Numbered from the stretch's first letter, positions 46,120 to 56,762 are shown. The stretch is DNA of 64,000 bases from a virus (IMGVR_UViG_3300042334_000377:2934-66933); one strand, 5' to 3'. The notes: a model not told the origin generated them from the sequence alone. Numbers and translations: made by a program.

Positions 46120-46590
46120 ATGGAAAATAAACTTGAAACTAAAAAAGAATATAGATTAATAAGTAAAGAGTTTATTGACAAAGTTGAAATGTTAGAAAAT
46201 GCAATGCTTGCAAGTGACGATCCAAGAATTGCAAAAGGTAATACCGATATGTTTCCATTAAAACATTCTTTCTCTGAAGGAGTATACATAAGGGAAATGT
46301 TTATGCCGGAAGGTGGATTAGTTATTGGTAAACTTTATAAAATATCACATACTTGGTTTTTATTAAGTGGTGAATTGGAAGTAGCAACAGATGAAGGAAT
46401 AAATTACTATATTGCTCCTTGTTATGTTAATGCTCCAGAAGGAACAAAAAGAGTGCTTAGGGCTATTACAGATATTGTATTTGTAAATGTGTACCCTAAT
46501 CCTGATAATATAACAGATATAGACACATTGGAGGATATGCTAACATGCTCCTCCTATGCAAAATACGAACAATACAAACTTTTAAAATAA
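46120..46590 (+). CDS. Cupin-fold protein
   Basis: LKHSFSEGVYIREMFMPEG...H..FLLSG...APEGTKR. Confidence 0.75.
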   Translation: MENKLETKKEYRLISKEFIDKVEMLENAMLASDDPRIAKGNTDMFPLKHSFSEGVYIREMFMPEGGLVIGKLYKISHTWFLLSGELEVATDEGINYYIAPCYVNAPEGTKRVLRAITDIVFVNVYPNPDNITDIDTLEDMLTCSSYAKYEQYKLLK

Positions 46591-46596
46591 TAGCCT

Positions 46597-47322
46597 ATGT
46601 CAATGGTAGTAGCCGGATGTATTTCAGCTGGCGCAAGTATAATTGGAGGAATAATTGGAATGGGATCTGCTGATCGAGCAGCTGCCGCCGCCGCCGCCGA
46701 AAGAAGAAGGCTGCAAGGCCAATTAGACAGTTTAGAAAGAAGCAGACAAGCGATTGTTAATCCTTATGAAACAACTAGAGATGTTAGCGGACTTGCTAAA
46801 AATTTATCTGGTATGATAAGCAATCCTTATGCTAATTTAGGAGTGGCTACTCAAGCGTCAAAATTTGAAGCTGAGCAAGCTGATATGTCATTAGCTAATA
46901 CTTTAGATACTTTAAAAGAAACAGGATCAAGCGCAGGTGGAGCAACTGCTTTAGCGCAAGCTGCATTAAAAAGCAAGCAAGGTATTTCAGCTAATCTTGA
47001 ACAACAAGAGGCTGCTAATGAAAAATTAAGAGCTCAAGGTGAAGCGGATATGCAAAGAATGAAAATGGCTGAAGAACAAAGAATTCAAGGTGTTCAGATT
47101 GGTGAAGCTCAAAGAGTTCAAGGAGCAGAAGCAGCCGGTAAACAATTTATGTTTGGAGCAAGAGAAGGTAGAGAGCAGCAAAAGATTGATAGAGTTGCTG
47201 GCCAGTTAAGCGGAGCACAAGCTCAAGAAGGGCAAGCTAACGCAAATTATACATCGGCATTAACCGGTATGTTAGGTGGAATCTCTTCAATAGCAAGTTC
47301 TTATATAACTAATAAAAAATAA
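46597..47322 (+). CDS. Putative ejection (internal virion) protein 1
   Basis: A/G/Q-rich, hydrophobic Gly-rich ends, position. Confidence 0.7.
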   Translation: MSMVVAGCISAGASIIGGIIGMGSADRAAAAAAAERRRLQGQLDSLERSRQAIVNPYETTRDVSGLAKNLSGMISNPYANLGVATQASKFEAEQADMSLANTLDTLKETGSSAGGATALAQAALKSKQGISANLEQQEAANEKLRAQGEADMQRMKMAEEQRIQGVQIGEAQRVQGAEAAGKQFMFGAREGREQQKIDRVAGQLSGAQAQEGQANANYTSALTGMLGGISSIASSYITNKK

Positions 47323-47344
47323 GACAAATAAATAAATATAATAT

Positions 47345-48808
47345 ATGGGAGCTTATTCAAATCCAGAAACATTCATAGACACACAATCAGCACAATCTTA
47401 CCAAAGACTACAAGATACTATATCTGGATCATTTGCAAGAATAGCCGACGCTTATGGTGCAAAACAAAAGGAAATAAAAAGTAGATTAGAAGAAAATGCT
47501 AAAATTCTAAAAGCCAACGATATGAAGGCTCAAGAATATGCGTTTTCATTATATACTGATTTATCAAAATCTGGTCAATCAGACCCTACTGTTGATTGGG
47601 CAAAAACTTATGAACCATTAATCAATGAAGCTGTAAAGATTAGATCAGGAATGTTAAATGGGACATTAGAAGACAAACAAGGTGCGATGAAAAGATTGGG
47701 CCAAATACAAGGATCAGTTGATAACGTTACAAGTAGTTTAGCAACATTATCTGCTGCAGGAACAGGATATTTAAATAATATAGCTAAGGGTTATGGAGTG
47801 CAAGGTGGAGCTGCTTCAAGTAATGATCCTAAAATTACAAGTGCAATGGATGTACTTACGCAAAGAATTCCAGGAACAAAAGAAGTTGTTTTTAAAGATA
47901 ATGATCCAACTAAATTAATATGGGTAGTAAAAGATAAAGAAGGTAACTTATTGCATGAGTTTGATGCAGATCAATTAAAAAAGATTTCTCAAGGTAATGG
48001 CCTTATTAGAACTGTGCCAAATCAAGTTGCAGAATTTGATAAATTAAAATCTACAAACCCAAGCATATTTGAAACTACACCTATTAAGCCTGGAGAGAAA
48101 GGTGATCCGATCCCGACGGGCAAAGTTAATCCTGATTTTTTAGTTAAGGATGCAAGTGGGAAGACTGTAGTTGAGGTTAATGAGATAGTAGATGCTGGAG
48201 GATTATCAATTAAAACTTTTAGTCAAAAAGTAAATATAGAAGCAATTAAAGCCGATGTTAATTTTCAAGCCACTTTGGCCGCTCAGGCAGATGGATTATT
48301 AAAAGCTAATCCTTCTTCTGCAATTGATTTCTATAACGATGTTATGAGTAATCCTCAGGGAAGATGGAAGGGAACTGGAATGGCATTTGACCCAAATAGA
48401 CCATTAGATGAAGAAGGAAAAAAGAAGTTTATTGAGGATTATAAAGAATATTATATTAATACTCAAATAATGCCAACTCAAACAATACAAAAGCCAGATA
48501 GCAACGATGTAACCCTAATAGAGAAACCAGCTAGGCCTACAAAAGCTAAAATGGGTGGTGCAGGCGTAAAAACAACAGCCGCAGAAAAAAGTCAAAAAGC
48601 GCTTAATGATCGTATTGCAGAATTAATCAATACCGGAGAAGGGGGGGTATCAAAAGGAGGATATACTCTTATGAAGATAAATGGAAGATGGGGAGTATAT
48701 GACAAAGATGGTTTACCAAAACCAGGAACGGAGGGTATAACAAATCCAACTACATTGTCAACATTTATAGGGGGTACATTAAAGAAAAAAGCAAAATTAA
48801 AAGGATAA
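47345..48808 (+). CDS. Putative ejection protein 2
   Basis: Helical, position. Confidence 0.6.
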   Translation: MGAYSNPETFIDTQSAQSYQRLQDTISGSFARIADAYGAKQKEIKSRLEENAKILKANDMKAQEYAFSLYTDLSKSGQSDPTVDWAKTYEPLINEAVKIRSGMLNGTLEDKQGAMKRLGQIQGSVDNVTSSLATLSAAGTGYLNNIAKGYGVQGGAASSNDPKITSAMDVLTQRIPGTKEVVFKDNDPTKLIWVVKDKEGNLLHEFDADQLKKISQGNGLIRTVPNQVAEFDKLKSTNPSIFETTPIKPGEKGDPIPTGKVNPDFLVKDASGKTVVEVNEIVDAGGLSIKTFSQKVNIEAIKADVNFQATLAAQADGLLKANPSSAIDFYNDVMSNPQGRWKGTGMAFDPNRPLDEEGKKKFIEDYKEYYINTQIMPTQTIQKPDSNDVTLIEKPARPTKAKMGGAGVKTTAAEKSQKALNDRIAELINTGEGGVSKGGYTLMKINGRWGVYDKDGLPKPGTEGITNPTTLSTFIGGTLKKKAKLKG

Positions 48809-48824
48809 TTAAATTATAATATTT

Positions 48825-51800
48825 ATGGAAGAATACATCAATGATGCCGGTGATTTATATACAATTGAAGAAATAAATCAAGTAGCAGAAGAAAATAATA
48901 CAACTTTTGAAGATATTATTAAAAAGAATAAATTATCTCCAAATAAGAAAAAAGAAACGGTAACTGAGGAAGTAAAAGTTGAAGAGCCGGGAAAGCCAAA
49001 AACTGTTGTAAAAAAGGATGCAGTTGCAACAGCAAAAAGTACGGCATCCAAATCGGCGAAACCTTCTTCGGTATCACCCGTTAACCCATTTGGTAAACCT
49101 AAAACAATTGATTTACTTGGATTAGAAAAGTTTAAGAAAGCACCCGCTCCTGTAAGTGTTAAAAAGCCAGCGCGAAATTTACAGAATATATCGGATTATC
49201 AAGAAAAGATGAAAAAAGAAGAGGAAGGTAGTTTTTCAAATTACCTTAAAAATTCTTTTGACGCAGGAATTTCCGCTGTAACAGAATCTTTATATAGAGT
49301 GCCTGAATATGCTTATGATATATCTGCAACTATAATGAATCCTATTGGGCGTGCAATTGAGGATGTAACGGGCATTGATGTTGGAGAAGATACCTCTTCT
49401 GAAAAAATTATGAAAGCATGGGGTATTAGGAATGTACCCGCTGATATTCTTGCAAAAAGAGTAAAAGAATCAAATAAAATTATACAGGATTATAATACTA
49501 AAGCAGGAGGCGACCCATTAACAGCAATAGAAAAAGGTAATTATTTAGGAGCAGCTAAGATGGTTGCGGGCGGAACTACACAATCTGTTCCAATGATGGC
49601 GGCTGCAATGTTAAGTGGTGGAAGCCCTCAAGCTCTTGCCGGTATCGCTACTTCAACAGCGGTGTCCAAAGCTCAGCAATTAAAAATTGAGCAGCCAGAG
49701 ATGGACGTTCAAACAAGAACAACAAATGCTGCCGTATCCGGTTTATTAGAAGGTTACCTAGGAAATATGTTTACAGGAGCGTCTGGAGCTGTGATAAAAA
49801 AAATAATCACCGATAAAGGAGTAAAAGCAGGATCTAAAATTGTTTCCAATGGATTAATAAGCTCCCTTGAAAAAGCAATTGAAAAAAACCCTATGATAGG
49901 AGTTTTAGGAGAGGTTGCTGAAGAGAGTAGTGTTGAATTTGGTAATCAATTAAATGATATAAATTCTGGTATTAGAAAAGAATTAGATACTAGATCAATT
50001 ATCAATGCTGGTATCGTTGCAACCGGAATGGCTGGAACAAACACTGTTCCTATATACGCAGCGAAAGGTTATATGAAAGCAAAAGATTATAGCCAAGTAA
50101 AAGCTGTTAATAAGGAAATTAACAATTTAAGTGCTCAATTATCTAATCCATATATAAGCGACACTGATAAACAAATAATTTCATCCCGAGTTACAAGGCT
50201 TGTAGATGAAAATAAAGCTATTGTAGGTGCTAATCTAGAAAAAATAGATGCTTTACCTAATAATATAAAAAGTGAAATAGTTACTATAAATACTGATTTA
50301 GATGATTTAAAAAGTAAGTATTTAGATATTATTGATAATCCTGAATTGCCTGTTGATGTACAACAAGCAATGACTAAAGAACTAGAATTACAAGCAAAAG
50401 ACTTACAAAGTAGAAAATCAAGTATAATTGAAGGTAATTATGTTTACGAAGACTTTAGAAGATTACCACAACCTGAGCAAGACAGAATTAAAGTATTGGC
50501 TAATGAAACATTAGTTGCTAATGCAGAGTTAAATAATGATCCAAAGACTAGCTTTAATGATGATGAAATAAATAGAGAAGCAATCAATGTTTATAATGCT
50601 GAACTACGTGCTGCTGATTTTGTTGCGGATGTAGAAAAAACTAAAGCTGCTACAAAAGCAATTGGGCTGAGTGAGGATATTGATATGCCAACTTTAAACA
50701 CTGCAAATGATGTAATAACTTATTTGTCAGATAATACAGATCTTGACCCAGATACTATAGAAAACGTAGCTGACTCTTATGGTGCATTTATACCATTGGC
50801 AAATGGCAAAGAAGCATTGATTATAAATAAAGAAGCCGCTGACATGGATCAAGTAGTCACCACTGGTCAGCATGAATTCCTTCATAAACTTATATATAAA
50901 GCAGTAAAGGACAACCCAGAATTACAGAAAAAAATAGGGACAGATTTATATAATCACATTGAAAATTATATAGGTACGGAAGAATTCAATAATACTGAAT
51001 TTAAAAATAGATATGATACTTATAAAACTGATTTTGAAAATACTAAATTAGAATTAGATAATAAAGTAGCAAAAGCAAAAAGTTATTTTGAAAGTGGAGC
51101 TATATCTCAAGAAAGATATACCCAAGCTGTATCCGATGCTGAATCAGCTATATTTAAGGCTGAAGGTAAATATTTAGAAGAAACTTTACCATTATTATCT
51201 GAATCATTAACTAAAGGAGATGTTAAATACAATGAAACATTCTTTACTAAGATTGGTGATATATTACGTAGAATATTCCAAAAATATGGATTAAGTAAAG
51301 TAAAATTTAATACAGGTAAAGATGTATTTGATTTCGTAAGAGATTATAATAAGAGTTTTGAGAAAGGACAATTTACAAAAGCATTCAAGGCATTAGCAAA
51401 AGAAGGAGCTTATAAAGGATCTATTGCAAAAGGCAATGCTCCAGTTAGGGCTGCTGTTAAACCTGAAGTAAAGAAAAGTCAGGGATTATCACAAGTTGAA
51501 ACTTTAAAGAATCAACTAAAAGAAATACAAGATAATGAATTTGATTATGATCCTGATGATTTTGATCAACAAGTTGCTAATTTACAAGGTAAAATTAAAA
51601 AGGCAATTGAAAAGGAAAAAACCACTCCTACTGTTGAAACTAAAAAAGAGAAAGAAATCTCTGAAGAAGACGATGTAAAAGAAATTATAAAAAACGAAAG
51701 AGGTTCCGTATCTTCTGATAGAGTTCAACAAATATATAATGAAAAAGGATTAAATGGAGCAGCTGAAATTATAAAACTATTTAAACCAATTACAAATAGA

Positions 51801-54800
51801 ATAGTTGATAAGCGTAGAGATGCCCCAGGATTTGACAAAGAATTATTAACTGATGAAATAGAAACAGGTGTTGGCGGAATTTTAGATTTAATAAAAAAAT
51901 ATAATGCAAAAGCAGGTATTCCATTAGCCGCTTATATTAATAAGTATTTACCCGTTAGAGCAATTGCTACTTCAAGAAGAATATTAGACCAACAGTTTAA
52001 AAAAGATGTAACTGAAGAGAAAGGCTTAATGGCTGAAGAAACAGTTATAGAGACAAAAGAAAAGCCAAAATATAAGAATGTATTAGAATCAAAAGTTTTT
52101 GAGCCAGAGACGCTTAAAACAATCAATGATAAGATATTAACCGTTGTTAGAACTCTAAAATCAAAGATTGATGAGCCAATATCATTAAATAGAACAGTTA
52201 CACCTATAATTGCTGAGATTAGAGATGAAATTGGTAAGCTTGTTGATATTGATGTTAAGACAGCAATGGGCGGCAAAAAAGATAATCAACTTAAAAATTG
52301 GTTATTAAAGAATAAAAGATATATTCTTGAGAACATGACTACGACCTGGTTAATGGGTAAAGATGGTCAAGGAGGAATGCCTATTGCTATTCAAAAACAA
52401 ATTGATGGTAGATTTGTAAATTATCCTGAATGGGTTGGCAAAAAAATAGACCGAGAAAAAACTTCAACTGATAATGCCGGTAGAACTTCTGGAGCGGAAT
52501 TAGTTAGAAGATTGCCTAATGTAGTAAATAACATTTCTGATGCAGACTACCTTGCACAAGTTTTAGCCGCAGATGGGAATCCATTAAGAGGTAGGAAAGA
52601 ATCTTTAGCAAAAGCTATTGCTGAAGAAACATCGTTTGATATTATCAATGACGATTTATCAAAAGAAGGGGTAATATACGATGCCCTAGAAACCAACCAA
52701 AAAAGATTAGGTGTTGAGCAATTAGACAATATTGCTGTTGAGGTAAACAAACAAATAGAAAGAGGTAATGTTAAATTCTCTAAAAAGCTAATTAAAGGAT
52801 TTGAAATATCTAAAGACAAATTAGGTAAAGATATACTTAATGCAAAAACAATTGAAGAAGAAGTTAATGCAATTAACAATTGGATTGCAAGCGACGGTAG
52901 ATCTTTAAGAACATTAGCTTGGGAAGTTGGTAAAGGATTAAAACAATTTACAACTAACAGAGGATTATTTGAAAATATAGTTTTACCTATAATTAAAACC
53001 TACTCTAAGTTTGAAGGTATAATAGGTACTGACTCTTATAGAATAGGTACCGCTCAAAAAGGTGAATCAATTTATTTTGGTGATACTAAAGTTCCTTTAT
53101 GGGCGGACACAACCGCTATAAAAAACAATTGGAAAGGTTTTGTAAATACTATTGATAATGAAGCTATTAAAGCAACAAATAATTTAATTGATATAGTTAA
53201 GTATTTTAAAGATAACGATTATACTAATGAAGATTTTGAATCATACCTTGCCTTATTAAGATGGGATCAAAGAAGTTTAATTAGAAAAGTATCTAAAGCA
53301 GGATTAGCTGTAATGGATATGAAAAAATACCAAAGATCTCACTTAGAACATAATGTTCCAGTACAAAATATAGTAGAGAAAACAATTGAATTTTTTGATG
53401 GCAAAGTAACAGAAAAAGAATTAAGAGATTTCATTGGAGAAGCTCAAGTTAATCTTGTGCCAGATGAATTAAATAAATATTTGCCCGCTTATAAAGAAGG
53501 TGAGAATAGAATGCATGCTCCTGAAGTTGTATTGTACTTACAAGACTTAATGGATAAGGGGCAAACTATATTAAATTTAGAAAGCGAGTATGGATCAAAA
53601 GCAAACTTTAATGCTCTTGTTAAATTAGCAAAATCCGGTGTCAATTCTAAAGAGTCTTTACAAAACATATATAATAATGATGCGGTAACAAAATCTTTAA
53701 TTTCATTTTCTAAACCGGCAAAAGGTATTTCTGTTTTTGATTTTGATGATACTGTTGGTATAACTAAAAGTAATGTGCTATACACAATGCCGGATGGGAC
53801 AAAAGGTAAATTAAATGCTGAAGAGTTTGCAAAAGACGGCGCAAGACTATTGGAAGAAGGCGCTCAATTTGATTTTTCTGAATTTAGTAAGGTTACTAAT
53901 GGTAAGCCAGGCCCTATGGTTGAAAAAATGAAGAAAATGATTGGTAAGTTTGGCCCAGATAATTTCTTTATACTTACTGCAAGACCTGCGAATTCAGCTG
54001 GTCCTATTCATGGATTTTTATCTTCAATAGGTATAGACATACCATTAGAAAATATAACTGGATTAGGTAATAGTACAGCTCAAGCAAAAGCTGATTGGAT
54101 GACAGCGAAAGCAACGGAAGGTTATAACGACTTTTATTTTGCTGATGATGCAATTCAAAATGTAACAGCGGTTAAAGATGCATTAGATGTTCTTGACGTT
54201 AAATCAAAAATACAACAAGCAAGAATTAAATTTAGTAAAACTATATCTCCAGAATTCAATAAGATAATTGAAGAGAATACTGGCATGGAAGACTATAAAG
54301 TGTTCTCAGATATTGTTGCTAGAAGAAGAGGGGTAGATAAAAATAAATTTGATATTTATGTTCCGCCATCTGCTGCTGACTTTGAATTATTATTGTATAA
54401 ATTTATAGGTAAAGGTAAACGCGGGGAGGAGCAAAAGCAATTCTTTAATGATGCTTTATTAAAACCATATGCAAATGGTAATGACTTAATGGATGCGGCT
54501 AGGCAATCAATTAAGAATGACTATAAAGCATTGACAGATCAATTCCCCAATATTAGGAAGAAAATAGAAAAGCTAACTCCAGATGGAGACTTTACATATG
54601 ATCAAGCAATACGTGTTGCAATGTGGACAGAAGAAGGTGTTGAGATACCTGGTATATCACAAAGAGACCAAAAGAAATTAACTGAGCTTGTAAATAATGA
54701 TCCAGAATTAAATACTTTTAAAGATGGATTAATTGTTACAGGTAGACAAGGTAAAGGTTGGGTTGCTCCTACTGAATTTTGGGATGCAAGTACGATTATA

Positions 54801-56456
54801 TCTGACTTACATAACTTAACAGAAGGAGAAGGTAGAAAGAAATTCCTTGCTGAATTTATTGACAATACCCAAGAAATGTTTGGTAAATGGGAGAACGGTA
54901 AACTTGTTGGTCCTAATATGAACAAAGTAGAAGCGGTATACGGAACAAATGTAAGAGAGGCAATCGAAGATGTATTATACAGAATGACAACTGGTAAAAA
55001 CAGAAGTCAAGGTAGCGACAAAGAAACATCTGCATGGAGTAATTGGATAAATGGTTCTACAGGAACTATTATGTTCTTGAATACAAGATCTGCTGCATTA
55101 CAATTAATTGGAGCAGTCAATTTCTTAAACTTAAGAGATAACAATCCAATTGCAGCTGGTAAAGCATTTGCTAATCAAAAACAATATTGGGAAGATTTTG
55201 CTCTTATATGGAATTCTGATAAGATGAAAGAAAGACGTGGCGGTTTAAAAGAAGATGTTGCGGCTGCTGAAATTGCTAATGCTGCTGCCGGTAGTAAAAA
55301 TAAAGTCAATGCTGTTATATCATACTTATTAAAAATAGGTTACACACCCACACAATTAGCGGATAGTTTTGCTATCGCTTCAGGTGGATCACCGTTTTAC
55401 AGGAATAGAATTAAAAGCTATTTAAAAGAAGGTTTAACTCAAGAAGAGGCAGAGGACGCAGCATGGAGTGACTTTACTAAAGTATCTGATGAAACACAAC
55501 AGTCAGGTGACCCAAGAGATATATCAAAACAACAAGCAAGTCCTGCAGGGAGATTATTATTAACATTCCAAAACACGGCAATGCAACAATCTCGTATTGT
55601 TAAGAAGTCTTTCTTAGATCTTAAAAACGGTAGGGGTGATGCTAAAACACATATTGCAAAAATAACTTATTACTTAGCAATACAGAATATAATGTTCGCG
55701 GTATTACAACAAGGATTGTTTGCAGTATTATTTAGCGGAGACGATAAAGAAGATGAAGAGGCTAAAAAGAAGAAAGCGAAAGATACAGAAAAGAAATTGT
55801 ATGATATTGCTGATGGAGTATTAGATACAATATTAAGAGGTACAGGATTTTTGGGGGGTATTACAGCTACATTGAAAAATGTTTACATGAAATACTTAGA
55901 GGAGGAGCCTAAAGACTTTAAAGCAGACTATGCTAAAGTTGTATTAGAAGGCGCTAATATATCACCTCCAATCGGATCTAAACTTAGAAAACTATATTCA
56001 GGATTCCAGCAAACTAAATTCGAAAGAGATCTTATAAAAGAAAGAGGATGGGGAGTAACACAAGATGGTAGAGTTCACTTAGGACCTTTATATGGAGTAA
56101 CTGGAAAACTTGTTGAAGCGACTACAAACTTACCAGCGGATCGTTTAGTTAATAAGATTGAAAATGTATCACAAGCATTTAATTCAAAAAATACAGCTTT
56201 ACAAAGAGTATTAGTAGGAATTGGATTTAATCCTTATAGCGTTGGAATTGAAGAATCAGAAGCTGATCAGGAAATAAGAACTAAAGCCAAAGAAGTAAGA
56301 GCTGAAGAAGGCAAAATTAAATCTAGAGAAACAAGGTTACGTACTAAAGATTCAATTAGAGCTTTACCTATTGAAGAAAGAATAAAATTAAAACGCGAAG
56401 CTGCTTTAAAAAGAAGAGAAGAAAAGCTAAAAAAGCGTAAAAGAAAAATGGGTTGA
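48825..56456 (+). CDS. Giant ejection polyprotein: zincin, sigma-region-2-like and HAD domains
   Basis: HEFLH at aa 683; sigma-like aa ~980-1053; HAD DFDDT/ILTAR/FADD at aa ~1630-1800; last gene of the virion block. Confidence 0.75.
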   Translation: MEEYINDAGDLYTIEEINQVAEENNTTFEDIIKKNKLSPNKKKETVTEEVKVEEPGKPKTVVKKDAVATAKSTASKSAKPSSVSPVNPFGKPKTIDLLGLEKFKKAPAPVSVKKPARNLQNISDYQEKMKKEEEGSFSNYLKNSFDAGISAVTESLYRVPEYAYDISATIMNPIGRAIEDVTGIDVGEDTSSEKIMKAWGIRNVPADILAKRVKESNKIIQDYNTKAGGDPLTAIEKGNYLGAAKMVAGGTTQSVPMMAAAMLSGGSPQALAGIATSTAVSKAQQLKIEQPEMDVQTRTTNAAVSGLLEGYLGNMFTGASGAVIKKIITDKGVKAGSKIVSNGLISSLEKAIEKNPMIGVLGEVAEESSVEFGNQLNDINSGIRKELDTRSIINAGIVATGMAGTNTVPIYAAKGYMKAKDYSQVKAVNKEINNLSAQLSNPYISDTDKQIISSRVTRLVDENKAIVGANLEKIDALPNNIKSEIVTINTDLDDLKSKYLDIIDNPELPVDVQQAMTKELELQAKDLQSRKSSIIEGNYVYEDFRRLPQPEQDRIKVLANETLVANAELNNDPKTSFNDDEINREAINVYNAELRAADFVADVEKTKAATKAIGLSEDIDMPTLNTANDVITYLSDNTDLDPDTIENVADSYGAFIPLANGKEALIINKEAADMDQVVTTGQHEFLHKLIYKAVKDNPELQKKIGTDLYNHIENYIGTEEFNNTEFKNRYDTYKTDFENTKLELDNKVAKAKSYFESGAISQERYTQAVSDAESAIFKAEGKYLEETLPLLSESLTKGDVKYNETFFTKIGDILRRIFQKYGLSKVKFNTGKDVFDFVRDYNKSFEKGQFTKAFKALAKEGAYKGSIAKGNAPVRAAVKPEVKKSQGLSQVETLKNQLKEIQDNEFDYDPDDFDQQVANLQGKIKKAIEKEKTTPTVETKKEKEISEEDDVKEIIKNERGSVSSDRVQQIYNEKGLNGAAEIIKLFKPITNRIVDKRRDAPGFDKELLTDEIETGVGGILDLIKKYNAKAGIPLAAYINKYLPVRAIATSRRILDQQFKKDVTEEKGLMAEETVIETKEKPKYKNVLESKVFEPETLKTINDKILTVVRTLKSKIDEPISLNRTVTPIIAEIRDEIGKLVDIDVKTAMGGKKDNQLKNWLLKNKRYILENMTTTWLMGKDGQGGMPIAIQKQIDGRFVNYPEWVGKKIDREKTSTDNAGRTSGAELVRRLPNVVNNISDADYLAQVLAADGNPLRGRKESLAKAIAEETSFDIINDDLSKEGVIYDALETNQKRLGVEQLDNIAVEVNKQIERGNVKFSKKLIKGFEISKDKLGKDILNAKTIEEEVNAINNWIASDGRSLRTLAWEVGKGLKQFTTNRGLFENIVLPIIKTYSKFEGIIGTDSYRIGTAQKGESIYFGDTKVPLWADTTAIKNNWKGFVNTIDNEAIKATNNLIDIVKYFKDNDYTNEDFESYLALLRWDQRSLIRKVSKAGLAVMDMKKYQRSHLEHNVPVQNIVEKTIEFFDGKVTEKELRDFIGEAQVNLVPDELNKYLPAYKEGENRMHAPEVVLYLQDLMDKGQTILNLESEYGSKANFNALVKLAKSGVNSKESLQNIYNNDAVTKSLISFSKPAKGISVFDFDDTVGITKSNVLYTMPDGTKGKLNAEEFAKDGARLLEEGAQFDFSEFSKVTNGKPGPMVEKMKKMIGKFGPDNFFILTARPANSAGPIHGFLSSIGIDIPLENITGLGNSTAQAKADWMTAKATEGYNDFYFADDAIQNVTAVKDALDVLDVKSKIQQARIKFSKTISPEFNKIIEENTGMEDYKVFSDIVARRRGVDKNKFDIYVPPSAADFELLLYKFIGKGKRGEEQKQFFNDALLKPYANGNDLMDAARQSIKNDYKALTDQFPNIRKKIEKLTPDGDFTYDQAIRVAMWTEEGVEIPGISQRDQKKLTELVNNDPELNTFKDGLIVTGRQGKGWVAPTEFWDASTIISDLHNLTEGEGRKKFLAEFIDNTQEMFGKWENGKLVGPNMNKVEAVYGTNVREAIEDVLYRMTTGKNRSQGSDKETSAWSNWINGSTGTIMFLNTRSAALQLIGAVNFLNLRDNNPIAAGKAFANQKQYWEDFALIWNSDKMKERRGGLKEDVAAAEIANAAAGSKNKVNAVISYLLKIGYTPTQLADSFAIASGGSPFYRNRIKSYLKEGLTQEEAEDAAWSDFTKVSDETQQSGDPRDISKQQASPAGRLLLTFQNTAMQQSRIVKKSFLDLKNGRGDAKTHIAKITYYLAIQNIMFAVLQQGLFAVLFSGDDKEDEEAKKKKAKDTEKKLYDIADGVLDTILRGTGFLGGITATLKNVYMKYLEEEPKDFKADYAKVVLEGANISPPIGSKLRKLYSGFQQTKFERDLIKERGWGVTQDGRVHLGPLYGVTGKLVEATTNLPADRLVNKIENVSQAFNSKNTALQRVLVGIGFNPYSVGIEESEADQEIRTKAKEVRAEEGKIKSRETRLRTKDSIRALPIEERIKLKREAALKRREEKLKKRKRKMG

Positions 56457-56490
56457 TAATAAAATAGGCACCATACCTAATAATCCATTA

Positions 56491-56527
56491 AAGAGAAAGG
56501 GACACTAATTATAGTGCCCCTTTTCTT
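56491..56527. terminator. Bidirectional intrinsic terminator between convergent blocks
   Basis: AAGAGAAAGGGACACTA-ATTA-TAGTGCCCCTTTTCTT. Confidence 0.8.
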
Positions 56528-56533
56528 ATTTAA

Positions 56534-56758
56534 TTAAATTTCTAATTTTGGTTCGTCTTCAAGTTTTTCTTCAAGACTTTCTTTTGCGCGGTCTGTTAAA
56601 GTTTGTATTGCTTCTTCATAACCTGGCATAAGTTTCACAGCTTCTAATGTACCTGCTGCTAAAGTAGTTAAATGTTGTTGTTCATTCATAACTTGTTGGA
56701 TAATTCTTACAACAGCATCCAATTTGTTTTTCATTTCAACTAAAGTTTGTTCTTTCAT
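56534..56758 (-). CDS. Hypothetical protein
   Basis: ORF track. Confidence 0.65.
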   Translation of the reverse strand: MKEQTLVEMKNKLDAVVRIIQQVMNEQQHLTTLAAGTLEAVKLMPGYEEAIQTLTDRAKESLEEKLEDEPKLEI

Positions 56759-56762
56759 TTGA

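Noticed and set aside
48825-56456. crAss-type virion RNA polymerase
   Set aside because: The only DxD-rich motif (DFDDT) comes with HAD motifs II-IV. No double-psi-barrel catalytic signature was recognised, though a highly diverged one cannot be excluded by eye.
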